Of a stretch of 37,465 nucleotides of DNA, positions 10,501 through 17,811 are shown piece after piece. The stretch is from a virus (Duplodnaviria > Caudoviricetes): IMG/VR virus record IMGVR_UViG_3300031689_000017, positions 1 to 37,465 of that record. The stretch is one strand, 5' to 3'. Both the position numbers and the translations under genes were made by a program. Below the pieces are notes generated by a model, which was not told where the DNA came from, did not search any database, and worked only from the letters and a program-made list of their open reading frames with translations. Position 1 is the first letter of the stretch. The number at the start of each line of letters is the position of its first letter.

Positions 10501-11639
10501 CGACCGGTCCCGGCGCGGCCCGCCCGGTCAGAGCGATCAGCCCGGATGCCGGCAGCGTCGGCGGCCAGCCGCTCGCGGGCAGCCTGCAGGCTGTTCTCGC
10601 GCCACTGGGCCGAGAACGCGTCCATCATGGTCATGGCGTCGCCAAAGGCCGAGGTGAACTCGTCGCGCACTGTCGCGCCCATGCGGGCGGTCGAACCGGC
10701 GAAGCTGTTTTCCATGCGCGGCAGCGCGACCGTCTCGATCTGGCTGATGGTCGCAAGGCCGACCCGGTCGAGCACCGGATTTACCCAGCTTGCCAGCCAG
10801 TTGAGCGCGGCGATCGCCTTGTTGGCGAGATACTCGATCCCGCTGATGGCAAGGTTGGCAGCGCCCACCGCAGCTTCGCCGATGACACCGGGCAGCGCCT
10901 GCCAGACGGTGCGGATTGCACCGAACCCGCCGACCCAGCCCGCATAAATGACTGCGATGCTGATCTTGCCGACCTCGAGCACCTTCTGGAAAGCCCAGAC
11001 CGCCCAGTCCTTGAGGCTGGAAAAGACCGGGCCGAGGTTCAGGCCCTCGCTGATCGTGCGCCACAGCCCGCGCATCATGTCGCCTGCCGTGATCCCGACC
11101 GGGCCGAGCTTCTCCATCTCCCTGGCGGTCAGGCCCAGGCTCTGGGCGTAGCGGTCGAGTTCGCCCGACTGCTTGACGCTCGACTGGAACAGCTTGAACG
11201 CGCCAAAGGCGATCCCGGCCGCAGCCGCTGCTGCCAGCAGATAGGGGTTGGTGAGCGCAGCCGCTGCCGCACTGGCGGCGAGCCCCAGCAGCGCCCGGGC
11301 CATGCCGCCAATGCCGACACCGGCCTGCATCGCAATCTGGCCGATCTGCGAGCCCTGCTGCATGAACAAGGTCATCGGCTTCTGGCCCGACGCAAGGCTG
11401 ACCACCATGTCGTTGACCTGGTAGACCAGGTTCTGCACATGATGGGTGGCAAGCCGGGCGGAGCCGCCCATGCGGGTCATGCCGCCGGTACCGACCGAGT
11501 CCAGCGCCCGGTCCGCGCGCCCGGCGGTCGCCACGATGTCGTTCATCGTGCCGCCGACAGCGCGCTTCATGTCCGCCATCTCCTTCTGGAGGCGGGCGAT
11601 GTTGGTGATCATCTCGATCTCGAGGGTCCCGGCTTTCAT
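7497..11639 (-). CDS. Tail tape measure protein (1380 aa)
   Basis: Start MKAGTLEIEM with GGAGG RBS and ATGA overlap with the upstream gene; lambda-TMP-like QVNDMVVSLASGQKPMTLFMQQGSQI; long Ala-rich helical protein. Confidence 0.92.
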   Translation of the reverse strand: MKAGTLEIEMITNIARLQKEMADMKRAVGGTMNDIVATAGRADRALDSVGTGGMTRMGGSARLATHHVQNLVYQVNDMVVSLASGQKPMTLFMQQGSQIGQIAMQAGVGIGGMARALLGLAASAAAAALTNPYLLAAAAAAGIAFGAFKLFQSSVKQSGELDRYAQSLGLTAREMEKLGPVGITAGDMMRGLWRTISEGLNLGPVFSSLKDWAVWAFQKVLEVGKISIAVIYAGWVGGFGAIRTVWQALPGVIGEAAVGAANLAISGIEYLANKAIAALNWLASWVNPVLDRVGLATISQIETVALPRMENSFAGSTARMGATVRDEFTSAFGDAMTMMDAFSAQWRENSLQAARERLAADAAGIRADRSDRAGRAGTGRSSREESEAERALQAAREFAANLALETAKIGKTPIEIKRMEVAMAALKAPTDAARIAILEAGAAWEQSTRAFATSEFLRQTVAPLELQISLLGQSARAQALANLEAEREQIVLERGVEAWERYRAARTQLIEHDFGLKEQEQYLDTLQEMADQTQTAAQGMAEAFGSVGGAIGALAAEFARYATDQEAATRRIAEAEREYGRASCQYAAARTAQASAEIHHYGNLATAAKGFFKAGSKGFQALEAAEKAFRAYELAVAIKNAAVKIGLIGGVTVAKVASDTTMAASDTARAGVEQGNSIITTGIKAVEAVVNAIRSLPFPLNIAAGAVTAGVIASLGVAIGGAFGGGGNAPAPANEGTGTAFGDSAAKSESIARAIDHLREVDTLTMRYSAAMLASLRSIEANIGGLTNLIIRTNGGEASAAGIQTGFKPTGVTGILGSAIQGVGSLLDKIPVIGGLLGGIVGAVGKLIGSLFGTKTSIVGQGIYGGSQSLGGIMSGGFQGQYYTDVQKKKKFLGITTSTRYSTQYSEASGELERQFSLIFTGFYDAISAAAGPLGLSLDEVQARLDSFVINIGKIDLKGLTGAQIQEKLAAVFGAAADNLARYAIAGLDQFQKVGEGYFETLIRVASSVEAVTGAMIMLGRSTNLTIVASMDLVELFGTVSDMAAATDEYFALYYTGAEQAAARTAQMAKVLDSLGLAMPDSIAGFRALVEAQDLTTEAGRAAYVALIQLAPAFADLVGAAQDAASAAAIADERLSLQRRMLELQGDTAALRALDLAQLDASNRALQQQIWALEDQQKAGEAAANAAEKLRSAWAQITDGLIAEIKRIRGVMDTGPQSYARALAEFNNASMLARGGDQEAARALPGLSQALLSVAANSARSGEDLARLQGLTAASLEQALAIINQAAGGSPATDPAATGNPDPSWWERFTANQMGTATIPANDGQSALLDELKALRQEVADLREDQRIASATIASGTSKTARILERVTPDGDALATRTAA

Positions 11640-12112
11640 GGGCGATCCTCCTTCGACATGATCAGCGCCCGGAATGCCTGGGAGACTTTCCGGGAGATCG
11701 TGGTGCGGTTGTGACCTTCGGCGATGTCGGTCCAGGGCGGCGGGCAATCGGCCTCGCGGGCCCGCTGTCCCTCCGCCACGAACTCGACCGACAGGCGGCG
11801 GATCAGCCTGCACGCCCAGGGCGGAAGGTCGATCCCGATGCAGCGCTGCCAGTGATCGATCGTGGCCCACGACACTGGCACTGGCCCCATGGCGCCAGCC
11901 TCGGACGGCCCGATTTCCATCAGAGTGTCGATGATCCATGGGCATCTAATCGGCGGCAAGTCGGGGACAATGCCGTCCGCCGTCATACGTTGCAGGCGGG
12001 TCAGCGGCTGCGTGTCCAGTTCACCCTTGAGGCGCTTGGGCGGCGCGGGCGCGGTGCCGAGCCAGGCCAGTTGCCGGACGTAGAGGCTCAGCTCTCGGCC
12101 GAGCTCGTCGTA
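11636..12112 (-). CDS. Tail assembly chaperone gpT portion, reached by -1 frameshift (G-T fusion about 290 aa)
   Basis: The -1 frame after A-AAT-TTT is open and continuous into ORF 11636..11986 (YDELGRELSLYVRQLAWL...MTADGIVP). Confidence 0.8.
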   Translation of the reverse strand, partial: YDELGRELSLYVRQLAWLGTAPAPPKRLKGELDTQPLTRLQRMTADGIVPDLPPIRCPWIIDTLMEIGPSEAGAMGPVPVSWATIDHWQRCIGIDLPPWACRLIRRLSVEFVAEGQRAREADCPPPWTDIAEGHNRTTISRKVSQAFRALIMSKEDRP

Positions 12113-12507
12113 AAATTTGCCCAGTCATTGATGTGATTGGCGACCTGGGCGGCGATGAAGCCGATCGACGGGTCCTCATAGGCCTTCCGAAACAGGGCCG
12201 CGCCCTCCAGCCCATCGGCCGGCGGATAGGTGAAATGGTTGAAGCTGACGGTGCAGGCGGCGAGGAACTCGGCCTGTTCGGCGAGCTTCTCCTCGGCGGT
12301 CTGGTCCATCTTGCCGCGCTTCTTGATCTTGTCGACCAGCAAGTTCTGTTGGCGCGACTGGGCGCGCTGGTAGATCCGGGTGCCCGGACCGTAAACGGTG
12401 ATCGAGAGACGCTGGCCCTTGTCGTCATAGAGCGGGGCGTCGTCGCCACCGACCAGTTCTACGGTCGAGGTGTCGGTGGCGGCGAGCTTGGTAATATCGA
12501 ACATCAT
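12088..12507 (-). CDS. Tail assembly chaperone gpG (139 aa)
   Basis: Lies between tail tube and tape measure; ends ...DWANF on a slippery heptamer. Confidence 0.82.
   Translation of the reverse strand: MMFDITKLAATDTSTVELVGGDDAPLYDDKGQRLSITVYGPGTRIYQRAQSRQQNLLVDKIKKRGKMDQTAEEKLAEQAEFLAACTVSFNHFTYPPADGLEGAALFRKAYEDPSIGFIAAQVANHINDWANFTTSSAES
12112..12118 (-). other. Programmed -1 ribosomal frameshift heptamer A AAT TTT
   Basis: Canonical X XXY YYZ in the correct frame near the gpG 3' end. Confidence 0.8.
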
Positions 12508-12526
12508 GGTTATCCCTTGGCTGGTT

Positions 12527-12868
12527 ATGGTTGATGAGAAGCAGGGGCCGCAGCCCGCAGATATTGAAGCGCCGTCAGACTGGCCGGTGGTGCACCGGGC
12601 AGCGCAGGTTGCATGGCGTTACCGGGACATTGCCTATGCGCATGTTGATCGGCCGAACCCCGATGCCGTGGCCGCGGCACGCGCGGATTTGCTCAATGCG
12701 CTGGCAGCGACCGAAGCAGAGCCGCGGTGCGCAAAGTGCCATTTCTGGGAGGTTGTGCCGGACGAGGATGGGCATCAGCTCGGGCTGTGCCGCCGGTATC
12801 CGCCGAGTTACGAGGGCTGGTCGATGACAGAAGCATCCGCATGGTGCGGGGAGTTCCGCCCCAGCTGA
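12527..12868 (+). CDS. Hypothetical Cys4 metal-binding protein (113 aa), antisense insert in the tail operon
   Basis: CAKCHFW...GLCRRYPP...WCGEF motif; fills the gap between the antitoxin and gpG; start uncertain. Confidence 0.6.
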   Translation: MVDEKQGPQPADIEAPSDWPVVHRAAQVAWRYRDIAYAHVDRPNPDAVAAARADLLNALAATEAEPRCAKCHFWEVVPDEDGHQLGLCRRYPPSYEGWSMTEASAWCGEFRPS

Positions 12869-12907
12869 TCGGAAAGTGATATCAGGAGCCGAAGGCCGAC
12901 TGTGCCT

Positions 12908-13288
12908 TCATCCGAGCTGTGCGCCGATATATTGCCCCACCACATAAAGATCAGCGACATTGCCCGCAGTCATGCGATCGATCGCCGGGCGACCGCCAAA
13001 GATGCTCGCCTTGTTTGGCTTGCGCACCCAGTCATTTGCGGTTTCCGGCAGCAGGATCTGCAGGCCCTTGTAGATGCCCAAGATGTAGGAAATTCGCTCG
13101 AGCGCATCCTTCGGGATCGAAGTCACCGCACCCCGTTTCCACGACTGCACGGTTGAACGACTGTCGAGTCCGAGGATGCGCATCTGCTCCTGCTCCTGGA
13201 GACCCCAGGCATCAGCAATCCGGAAGAAGGTCCTGAGTGCAGGCCCTGTCAGATCCTTGCAATCCAGCTGGCGGGCAATTGTCGGCAT
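12908..13288 (-). CDS. Xre/MbcA/ParS-family antitoxin (Xre-like HTH + DUF2384), no toxin partner
   Basis: ALRTFFRIADAWGL...LERISYILGIYKGLQIL...WVRKPN..FGGRPAIDRM family pattern; AAGGAGG RBS. Confidence 0.88.
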   Translation of the reverse strand: MPTIARQLDCKDLTGPALRTFFRIADAWGLQEQEQMRILGLDSRSTVQSWKRGAVTSIPKDALERISYILGIYKGLQILLPETANDWVRKPNKASIFGGRPAIDRMTAGNVADLYVVGQYIGAQLG

Positions 13289-13312
13289 GGTGCAGCCTCC
13301 TTATGCCGCGCC

Positions 13313-13341
13313 ACTATGCTCATTTCATCCTATGAACTCAA
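13313..13341 (-). promoter_or_regulatory. Candidate sigma70 promoter for the antitoxin
   Basis: TTGAGT-N17-CATAGT on the minus strand, upstream of the antitoxin RBS. Confidence 0.45.
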
Positions 13342-13366
13342 CGAGACGATGGGCGACTGCAGATCA

Positions 13367-13828
13367 TCACGGCGCCAGCACCTCGACCACGCCGACACCG
13401 GCGGAGTTGGTGGTCAGTTCCAGCGTCACGGTCGCAGTGGTGATCTGGTCGACGGAACCGACGTTGACCTTGAAGCTCATGACCTGCGCCTGGAAATAGT
13501 ATTTGTCGCCGTTCTGGGTGGTAACGAGGAAGCTGTGGTCGCTGTCCGAGGTTGAGGCGGATTTCAGCAGGATCTGGCCCGCATCGTCGGTATCGAGACC
13601 CATCTGGATGGTCATCGTGCCCTGGTTGAAGCTGCCCTTCTTCTTGACCACGCCGCGGCTGCCGACGGGGTTGAAGGTGACGAGGTTATATTCCCGGCCG
13701 TGCTCACCGAGGTCCGACACTTCGCCAACCGGCGTCATGACGAGCGCATTGTAGCCGGTGGGATCGAAGGTTGCAGGAATGGAGGCCGACACCTTCAGAG
13801 TGCTGCCGGCGGAAGTCCGAACGGTCAT
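13367..13828 (-). CDS. Major tail (tube) protein (153 aa)
   Basis: Position after the tail terminator; GEVSDLGEHG...KKKGSFNQG...YFQAQVMSF pattern typical of siphovirus tail tubes; AAGGA RBS. Confidence 0.85.
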   Translation of the reverse strand: MTVRTSAGSTLKVSASIPATFDPTGYNALVMTPVGEVSDLGEHGREYNLVTFNPVGSRGVVKKKGSFNQGTMTIQMGLDTDDAGQILLKSASTSDSDHSFLVTTQNGDKYYFQAQVMSFKVNVGSVDQITTATVTLELTTNSAGVGVVEVLAP

Positions 13829-13858
13829 GATCAGTTCCTTTTATTGAAGGTGTGAGGC

Positions 13859-14263
13859 TCAGCGGGCCTCGTTGAATGCGACGCGGAAGTCCTGCGTCTG
13901 CATGTGGATGCCGGTGTCCTCGTCGAGGAAATCAGGGCCGGCGGAATCGGTGTGGACGGTGACGTCGGTGAGCCCGTCGATCGCGGGCATCTGGTCGGCA
14001 GATGCCGCACGAACGGCGGCGATCAGGGACTTGGCTTCGGGATAGCTGCGCGCCAGCACCGTCACCTGCACCCGCTCGGTCACCCTTCGTTTTGGACCCG
14101 GGGCGGGAATATTGCGATCGACACTGCTGACACTCATCAGCGCAATGGCCGGGAGCATGGTGTCCTGCGGCAGGGTGCCGGCCACAATCCGGGCCACGGG
14201 CACGAGCCCCGTCACCCCGGTATCAGTCACCAGGAGCGAGCGGACCGCAACGACCCCGTTCAT
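13859..14263 (-). CDS. Tail terminator/completion protein (DUF3168-like)
   Basis: Position after gp10; RVQVTVLARSY motif; ATGA overlap. Confidence 0.75.
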   Translation of the reverse strand: MNGVVAVRSLLVTDTGVTGLVPVARIVAGTLPQDTMLPAIALMSVSSVDRNIPAPGPKRRVTERVQVTVLARSYPEAKSLIAAVRAASADQMPAIDGLTDVTVHTDSAGPDFLDEDTGIHMQTQDFRVAFNEAR

Positions 14264-14823
14264 TCGTCATCGACCTCGAGCGCAGGCGCCTTCAGGTTCC
14301 CGATCTGGACCCGGTGGGCGATGTAGGCGCCCATCGCGTTGACGGCTTCTTCGGCCTTCTGGTCGAGCGCCGGGCGCAGGAAGGGTTTGGCGGCGTGCCC
14401 CGGGTGCATGACCATGGGGCCGACGAAATGTTCGCCAATCTTCAGGCTGCCGCGCTTCACCATCTTGTTGATCGTGCCGATGCCGACCTTGCGGGGGCCG
14501 CGGCGCGTATTGCGCACTGGGATATCCTCCTCGGCGACGCTGATCAGGTGCGGCGCGACGCCATATTCGATGAACAGGCCGAGATAGGAGCCGGATCCGC
14601 GCAGCTTGACGTATGAACTGAGTCGACTGCCGTTGGTGCGGGTGCCGATGCCGATCGCCCGTTTGAGCTGGCCAGTTTTCACTGGCACATTGGCCTTGGC
14701 CTGCTGCTGGATGACCTTGGCTCCGGCGCGGAGACCGCCACGGATGACGTTGCGCTCGAGGTTCTTGGGCAGTTCATCAAGCAGGCGCAGCAGTTCGGGG
14801 CCGCCCTTGATCCGGATCGTCAT
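14260..14823 (-). CDS. HK97 gp10-family tail completion protein
   Basis: PVKTGQLKRAI, FIEYG, AKPFLRPALD motifs. Confidence 0.88.
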   Translation of the reverse strand: MTIRIKGGPELLRLLDELPKNLERNVIRGGLRAGAKVIQQQAKANVPVKTGQLKRAIGIGTRTNGSRLSSYVKLRGSGSYLGLFIEYGVAPHLISVAEEDIPVRNTRRGPRKVGIGTINKMVKRGSLKIGEHFVGPMVMHPGHAAKPFLRPALDQKAEEAVNAMGAYIAHRVQIGNLKAPALEVDDE

Positions 14824-15167
14824 GGCGCGGCTCCTTCGCTGCTGTATTGCTCGACGATCAGCTCGATGCCCTCCCGGCGGCCGATTTCAGCCGGGCCCGA
14901 CACGATCTGGAGAGTCCGATTGCCGATGATCACCCGCATGTCCGGGGTTATCCCGGCGAGATGACGCATGCGGATCCGCGCAGGACGGTTGGCGATGGCA
15001 ATGCTGTCGGCCAGGCGCTCGGCCCGGCTCGGCAGGACGTCCTGGACCTCGGCCCAGACGGTGGCGAATTCCACCCAGGTGACGGTTTCGGTCCCATAGA
15101 GGGGCTCGGGGGTGACGACCTTGCGCTCGATCCGGATCCGGGTGTCGAGCCTGGATGCTAGACCCAT
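14820..15167 (-). CDS. Head-tail adaptor/head closure protein (SPP1 gp16-like, 115 aa)
   Basis: RLDTRIRIER...W..FATVWAEV...ITPDMRV pattern; start MGLAS at 15167. Confidence 0.85.
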   Translation of the reverse strand: MGLASRLDTRIRIERKVVTPEPLYGTETVTWVEFATVWAEVQDVLPSRAERLADSIAIANRPARIRMRHLAGITPDMRVIIGNRTLQIVSGPAEIGRREGIELIVEQYSSEGAAP

Positions 15168-15694
15168 CGCGCGGCCAGCTGGTTGGCGAGGGTGTCGAAG
15201 GCGAGACAGCCTGCACCCTCGCGGTTTTCGAACAGGGATGCGGTTTTCACGAGGATCGCGGCCCTGGCGATGGCCAGATCCGGATGACCCTCGGCAAAAC
15301 CGGCCGACAGGGTAATGGTGATCTGGCCATCGGGCCCGAGCGTAGGCCATGATTTGCCGGCAGCTGGCCGAATGCGCACGAATCCATGGCGTCCCCGGGC
15401 AACATAGTCGGCCTCGGGCAAGGTGACCGTTGAACCTCCGGCAGCGGTGTAGGTGATGGCCGCAATGATCACCGGCCGGACCGGCACGGTGATTTCATCG
15501 GGCCAGTCGTCCAGCACCATGACAAGTGTTTGCGGACACAGCCGCAGATCGGCGAGCCGTTCGAGCTCGGCCTGGGCAGCATCGAGGTGGATGGCCAGAA
15601 GCATGTCCTCGTCATGGGCATCAAGGCGCAGCTGCTGGCGCGCTTCTTCCAGTGTCACCGCGCGCGTGGTCGGGGCGGTGACGACCGTGATCAT
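15158..15694 (-). CDS. Head-tail connector protein (HK97 gp6-like)
   Basis: VTLEEARQQLRLD...AILVKTASLFENRE motifs. Confidence 0.85.
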   Translation of the reverse strand: MITVVTAPTTRAVTLEEARQQLRLDAHDEDMLLAIHLDAAQAELERLADLRLCPQTLVMVLDDWPDEITVPVRPVIIAAITYTAAGGSTVTLPEADYVARGRHGFVRIRPAAGKSWPTLGPDGQITITLSAGFAEGHPDLAIARAAILVKTASLFENREGAGCLAFDTLANQLAARWV

Positions 15695-15870
15695 TTCGCG
15701 CGGGTCCGGGCGGGCTTCGGCGCTTCGGGCTGGGCCTCGACCGGCTCAGCAAGGCCGCGCTGGCGCAGGATTTCAGCATCGGCATCGGCAATCTCGAAGG
15801 TCTGGCCGGCAAGGATATTGTCCGGGCCGACCGCGCTGACATGCAGCGTGTCGAGGGCTTTCATCAGCAT
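15691..15870 (-). CDS. Small 59-aa virion-module protein, not in the ORF track
   Basis: MLMKALDTLHVSAVGPDNILAGQTFEIADADAEILRQRGLAEPVEAQPEAPKPARTRAK; GGAG RBS; stop overlaps the connector ATG (ATGA). Confidence 0.75.
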   Translation of the reverse strand: MLMKALDTLHVSAVGPDNILAGQTFEIADADAEILRQRGLAEPVEAQPEAPKPARTRAK

Positions 15871-15892
15871 GGGCGAGTTCTCCGTGAGGGTG

Positions 15893-15920
15893 CCGGGGCC
15901 GACCGGTCAGCCGGCCCCGG
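15893..15920 (-). other. GC-rich hairpin just downstream of the capsid gene (mRNA stability/attenuation)
   Basis: CCGGGGCCG...CGGCCCCGG 9-bp arms; no U-tract. Confidence 0.45.
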
Positions 15921-15927
15921 ATCAGGA

Positions 15928-17157
15928 TCAGACGGCGGTTGCCGCGGTCACCGCATCAGAGAAGTCGCCCTTGATGAAGGCTTCCGGACGATAGACGGCA
16001 AGGCCGAGGCGCTCTTCGGCGAGGATGGTGACCAGGTTCTTGCGGAAGTTCTGGTCATCCTCGGTCGAGATCTCGACCCGGGCGTCCCAGCGGTCGAAGA
16101 TCTGTGCGCCCAGCCGGAAGGCGCCGGTCAGGAACTTGTCCTGCGCGATCGCCTGGGTGGTGACGATGGGGATGCCCCAGAGCGTCGGCGACAGCGTGCC
16201 CTGCGGGTTGCCGATCAGGTAGGCGCCGCTCGTCTCCTTCAGGAGCTCGATGCTGGCCCAGTCGGTCGGGTGCATGACCGCGCCCGTGGTCGGCAGCTCG
16301 GCGAGCGCGGCCTGCAGCATGGCAAGGCGCAGCACATCGATCTTCGTGACAGTGGCCGGGATGGTGATCGGCGCGACAAAGGCGCTGGCCTGGGTGTAGA
16401 TGCCGTGCAGGTCCGTGCCCGTACCGCCGCCATTCAGCAGCTGGTTCTCCTCGACCAGCGCCAGGCCGTAGCGCAGGCGGCCATCGATGTAGGACTGGAG
16501 CATCGGCGCATCGTCGAGGATCTGCCGGGTTGCCAGCACCCAGTGGGCGATGGTGGTGACGCTGGTCGTCGCGATGTCGAACTTGATGTCCGACTGCGGC
16601 TTCAGCGCGCCGGTCGTTTCCGCAACCGTCGCCGCGGCGTTGGTGAAGCCCGTCTCCTTGACGTACTGGACCGAGGTGCTGGCGGTGCGCCCCGGGGTCA
16701 GCAGGTCACGGACGGTCAGGCGGCGCTGGCCGGGCACGATGATGCCGGGCAGCCGGTCAGGCACGATCAGATCGCCGGCCGAACCCGCCGCATCGGTGGT
16801 GAGCGAGGAGATGATCGCCTTCACCTCGACGCTGGCGCGGCCGCGCGAGACCTTGGATTCGAGAAAGGACTTGATCTCCTCCGACGCCATGACCTGTTCG
16901 CCGACCGAATGGTGGCGGGCCTGGTCATCCGGTCCCTTGCGGGCCAGCTTCTGCTCCAGCTCGTCGAGCCGGGCCTTGGCCTCGTTCATGCCGACCATGG
17001 CTTCGTCCGCCAGCTGCTTGGTGGAAGCGGACAGGTCCTCGCCCTTGGCGGCCTTGCCGAGTGCCTCATCGGCAATGGCTTTGACCTGGTCGACCTTGGC
17101 GTCGAACGCGGCTTTCACTTCGCCGGCAAGCTGCTCGGCGGTCTTGGGTTCAGTCAT
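15928..17157 (-). CDS. HK97-family major capsid protein (409 aa)
   Basis: N-terminal coiled-coil delta domain; AETTGALKPQSD, QILDDAPML, NFRKNLVTILAEERL motifs. Confidence 0.95.
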   Translation of the reverse strand: MTEPKTAEQLAGEVKAAFDAKVDQVKAIADEALGKAAKGEDLSASTKQLADEAMVGMNEAKARLDELEQKLARKGPDDQARHHSVGEQVMASEEIKSFLESKVSRGRASVEVKAIISSLTTDAAGSAGDLIVPDRLPGIIVPGQRRLTVRDLLTPGRTASTSVQYVKETGFTNAAATVAETTGALKPQSDIKFDIATTSVTTIAHWVLATRQILDDAPMLQSYIDGRLRYGLALVEENQLLNGGGTGTDLHGIYTQASAFVAPITIPATVTKIDVLRLAMLQAALAELPTTGAVMHPTDWASIELLKETSGAYLIGNPQGTLSPTLWGIPIVTTQAIAQDKFLTGAFRLGAQIFDRWDARVEISTEDDQNFRKNLVTILAEERLGLAVYRPEAFIKGDFSDAVTAATAV

Positions 17158-17184
17158 GTGATGCTCCGTGATGGAAAGGGGAGT

Positions 17185-17811
17185 TCAGCCGCGAACCTGC
17201 GCGGCGAGCGCTGCGATGAAATCAGCGGGGTGACTGCCGGACTCACTCCGGAGCAGCGAAGCCAGGCCCTTGCCCGCGATCGCGGTGGCCTGGCTTTTCG
17301 AGAACCCTGCCTCGCGCAGGAAATCCTCAAATTGGGAGAGGCTCGGCAGCTGGCCGGCCGCGATGAGCGATTTGACGCTGGTGATCAGCGCCTTTTCGTT
17401 CATGGGAATGGTGACGAGACTGACCTCGTGGAGCGCGACTTCGACCAGGTGACGGGCCTTGCCGACGACGCGGTCGCGGATCGTACGATAGCCGATCGAC
17501 AGGCCGCCGATCGCCCCGTCCTTGACCAGGCCATGGGCCTCGCGACCTGTGGTGGTCGACATCGAGAAGCGACCTTTGACGAGCAGGCCATCGCTGGTTT
17601 CCTGAAAGTCGGTCCAAACCCCGGCCGGGCGCTTCTGGTCATGGTACATGAGCATCGGCACGGACTTGCGACCGGCAATCGAGGCCGCGATCGCACCGGG
17701 TAGGATCACGTCACCACCGAAGTCGACATTGCCGTAACCGGCAGCCAGACCCTCGATATGGCCGTCATCGCCGAGCGCCTTGGCGTCGAGCGTGAAATCC
17801 AGTTGATTCAA
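17185..17811 (-). CDS. HK97-family prohead protease
   Basis: MLMYHD, GLSIGY, EVSLVTIPMN motifs. Confidence 0.93.
   Translation of the reverse strand: MNQLDFTLDAKALGDDGHIEGLAAGYGNVDFGGDVILPGAIAASIAGRKSVPMLMYHDQKRPAGVWTDFQETSDGLLVKGRFSMSTTTGREAHGLVKDGAIGGLSIGYRTIRDRVVGKARHLVEVALHEVSLVTIPMNEKALITSVKSLIAAGQLPSLSQFEDFLREAGFSKSQATAIAGKGLASLLRSESGSHPADFIAALAAQVRG

Noticed and set aside
9369-11714. 781-aa plus-strand ORF (also 15841..17703, 19397..20386, 29016..29942, 30033..31073, and 335..1372 on the minus strand)
   Set aside because: Antisense shadows of well-supported genes, expected in GC-rich DNA; no recognisable motifs.
11640-11945. ORF-track N-terminal extensions of TMP (similarly terL, primase, cI, HNH, endolysin)
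   Set aside because: They overlap upstream genes or regulatory regions; downstream starts have better RBS, coupling or family-typical N-termini.
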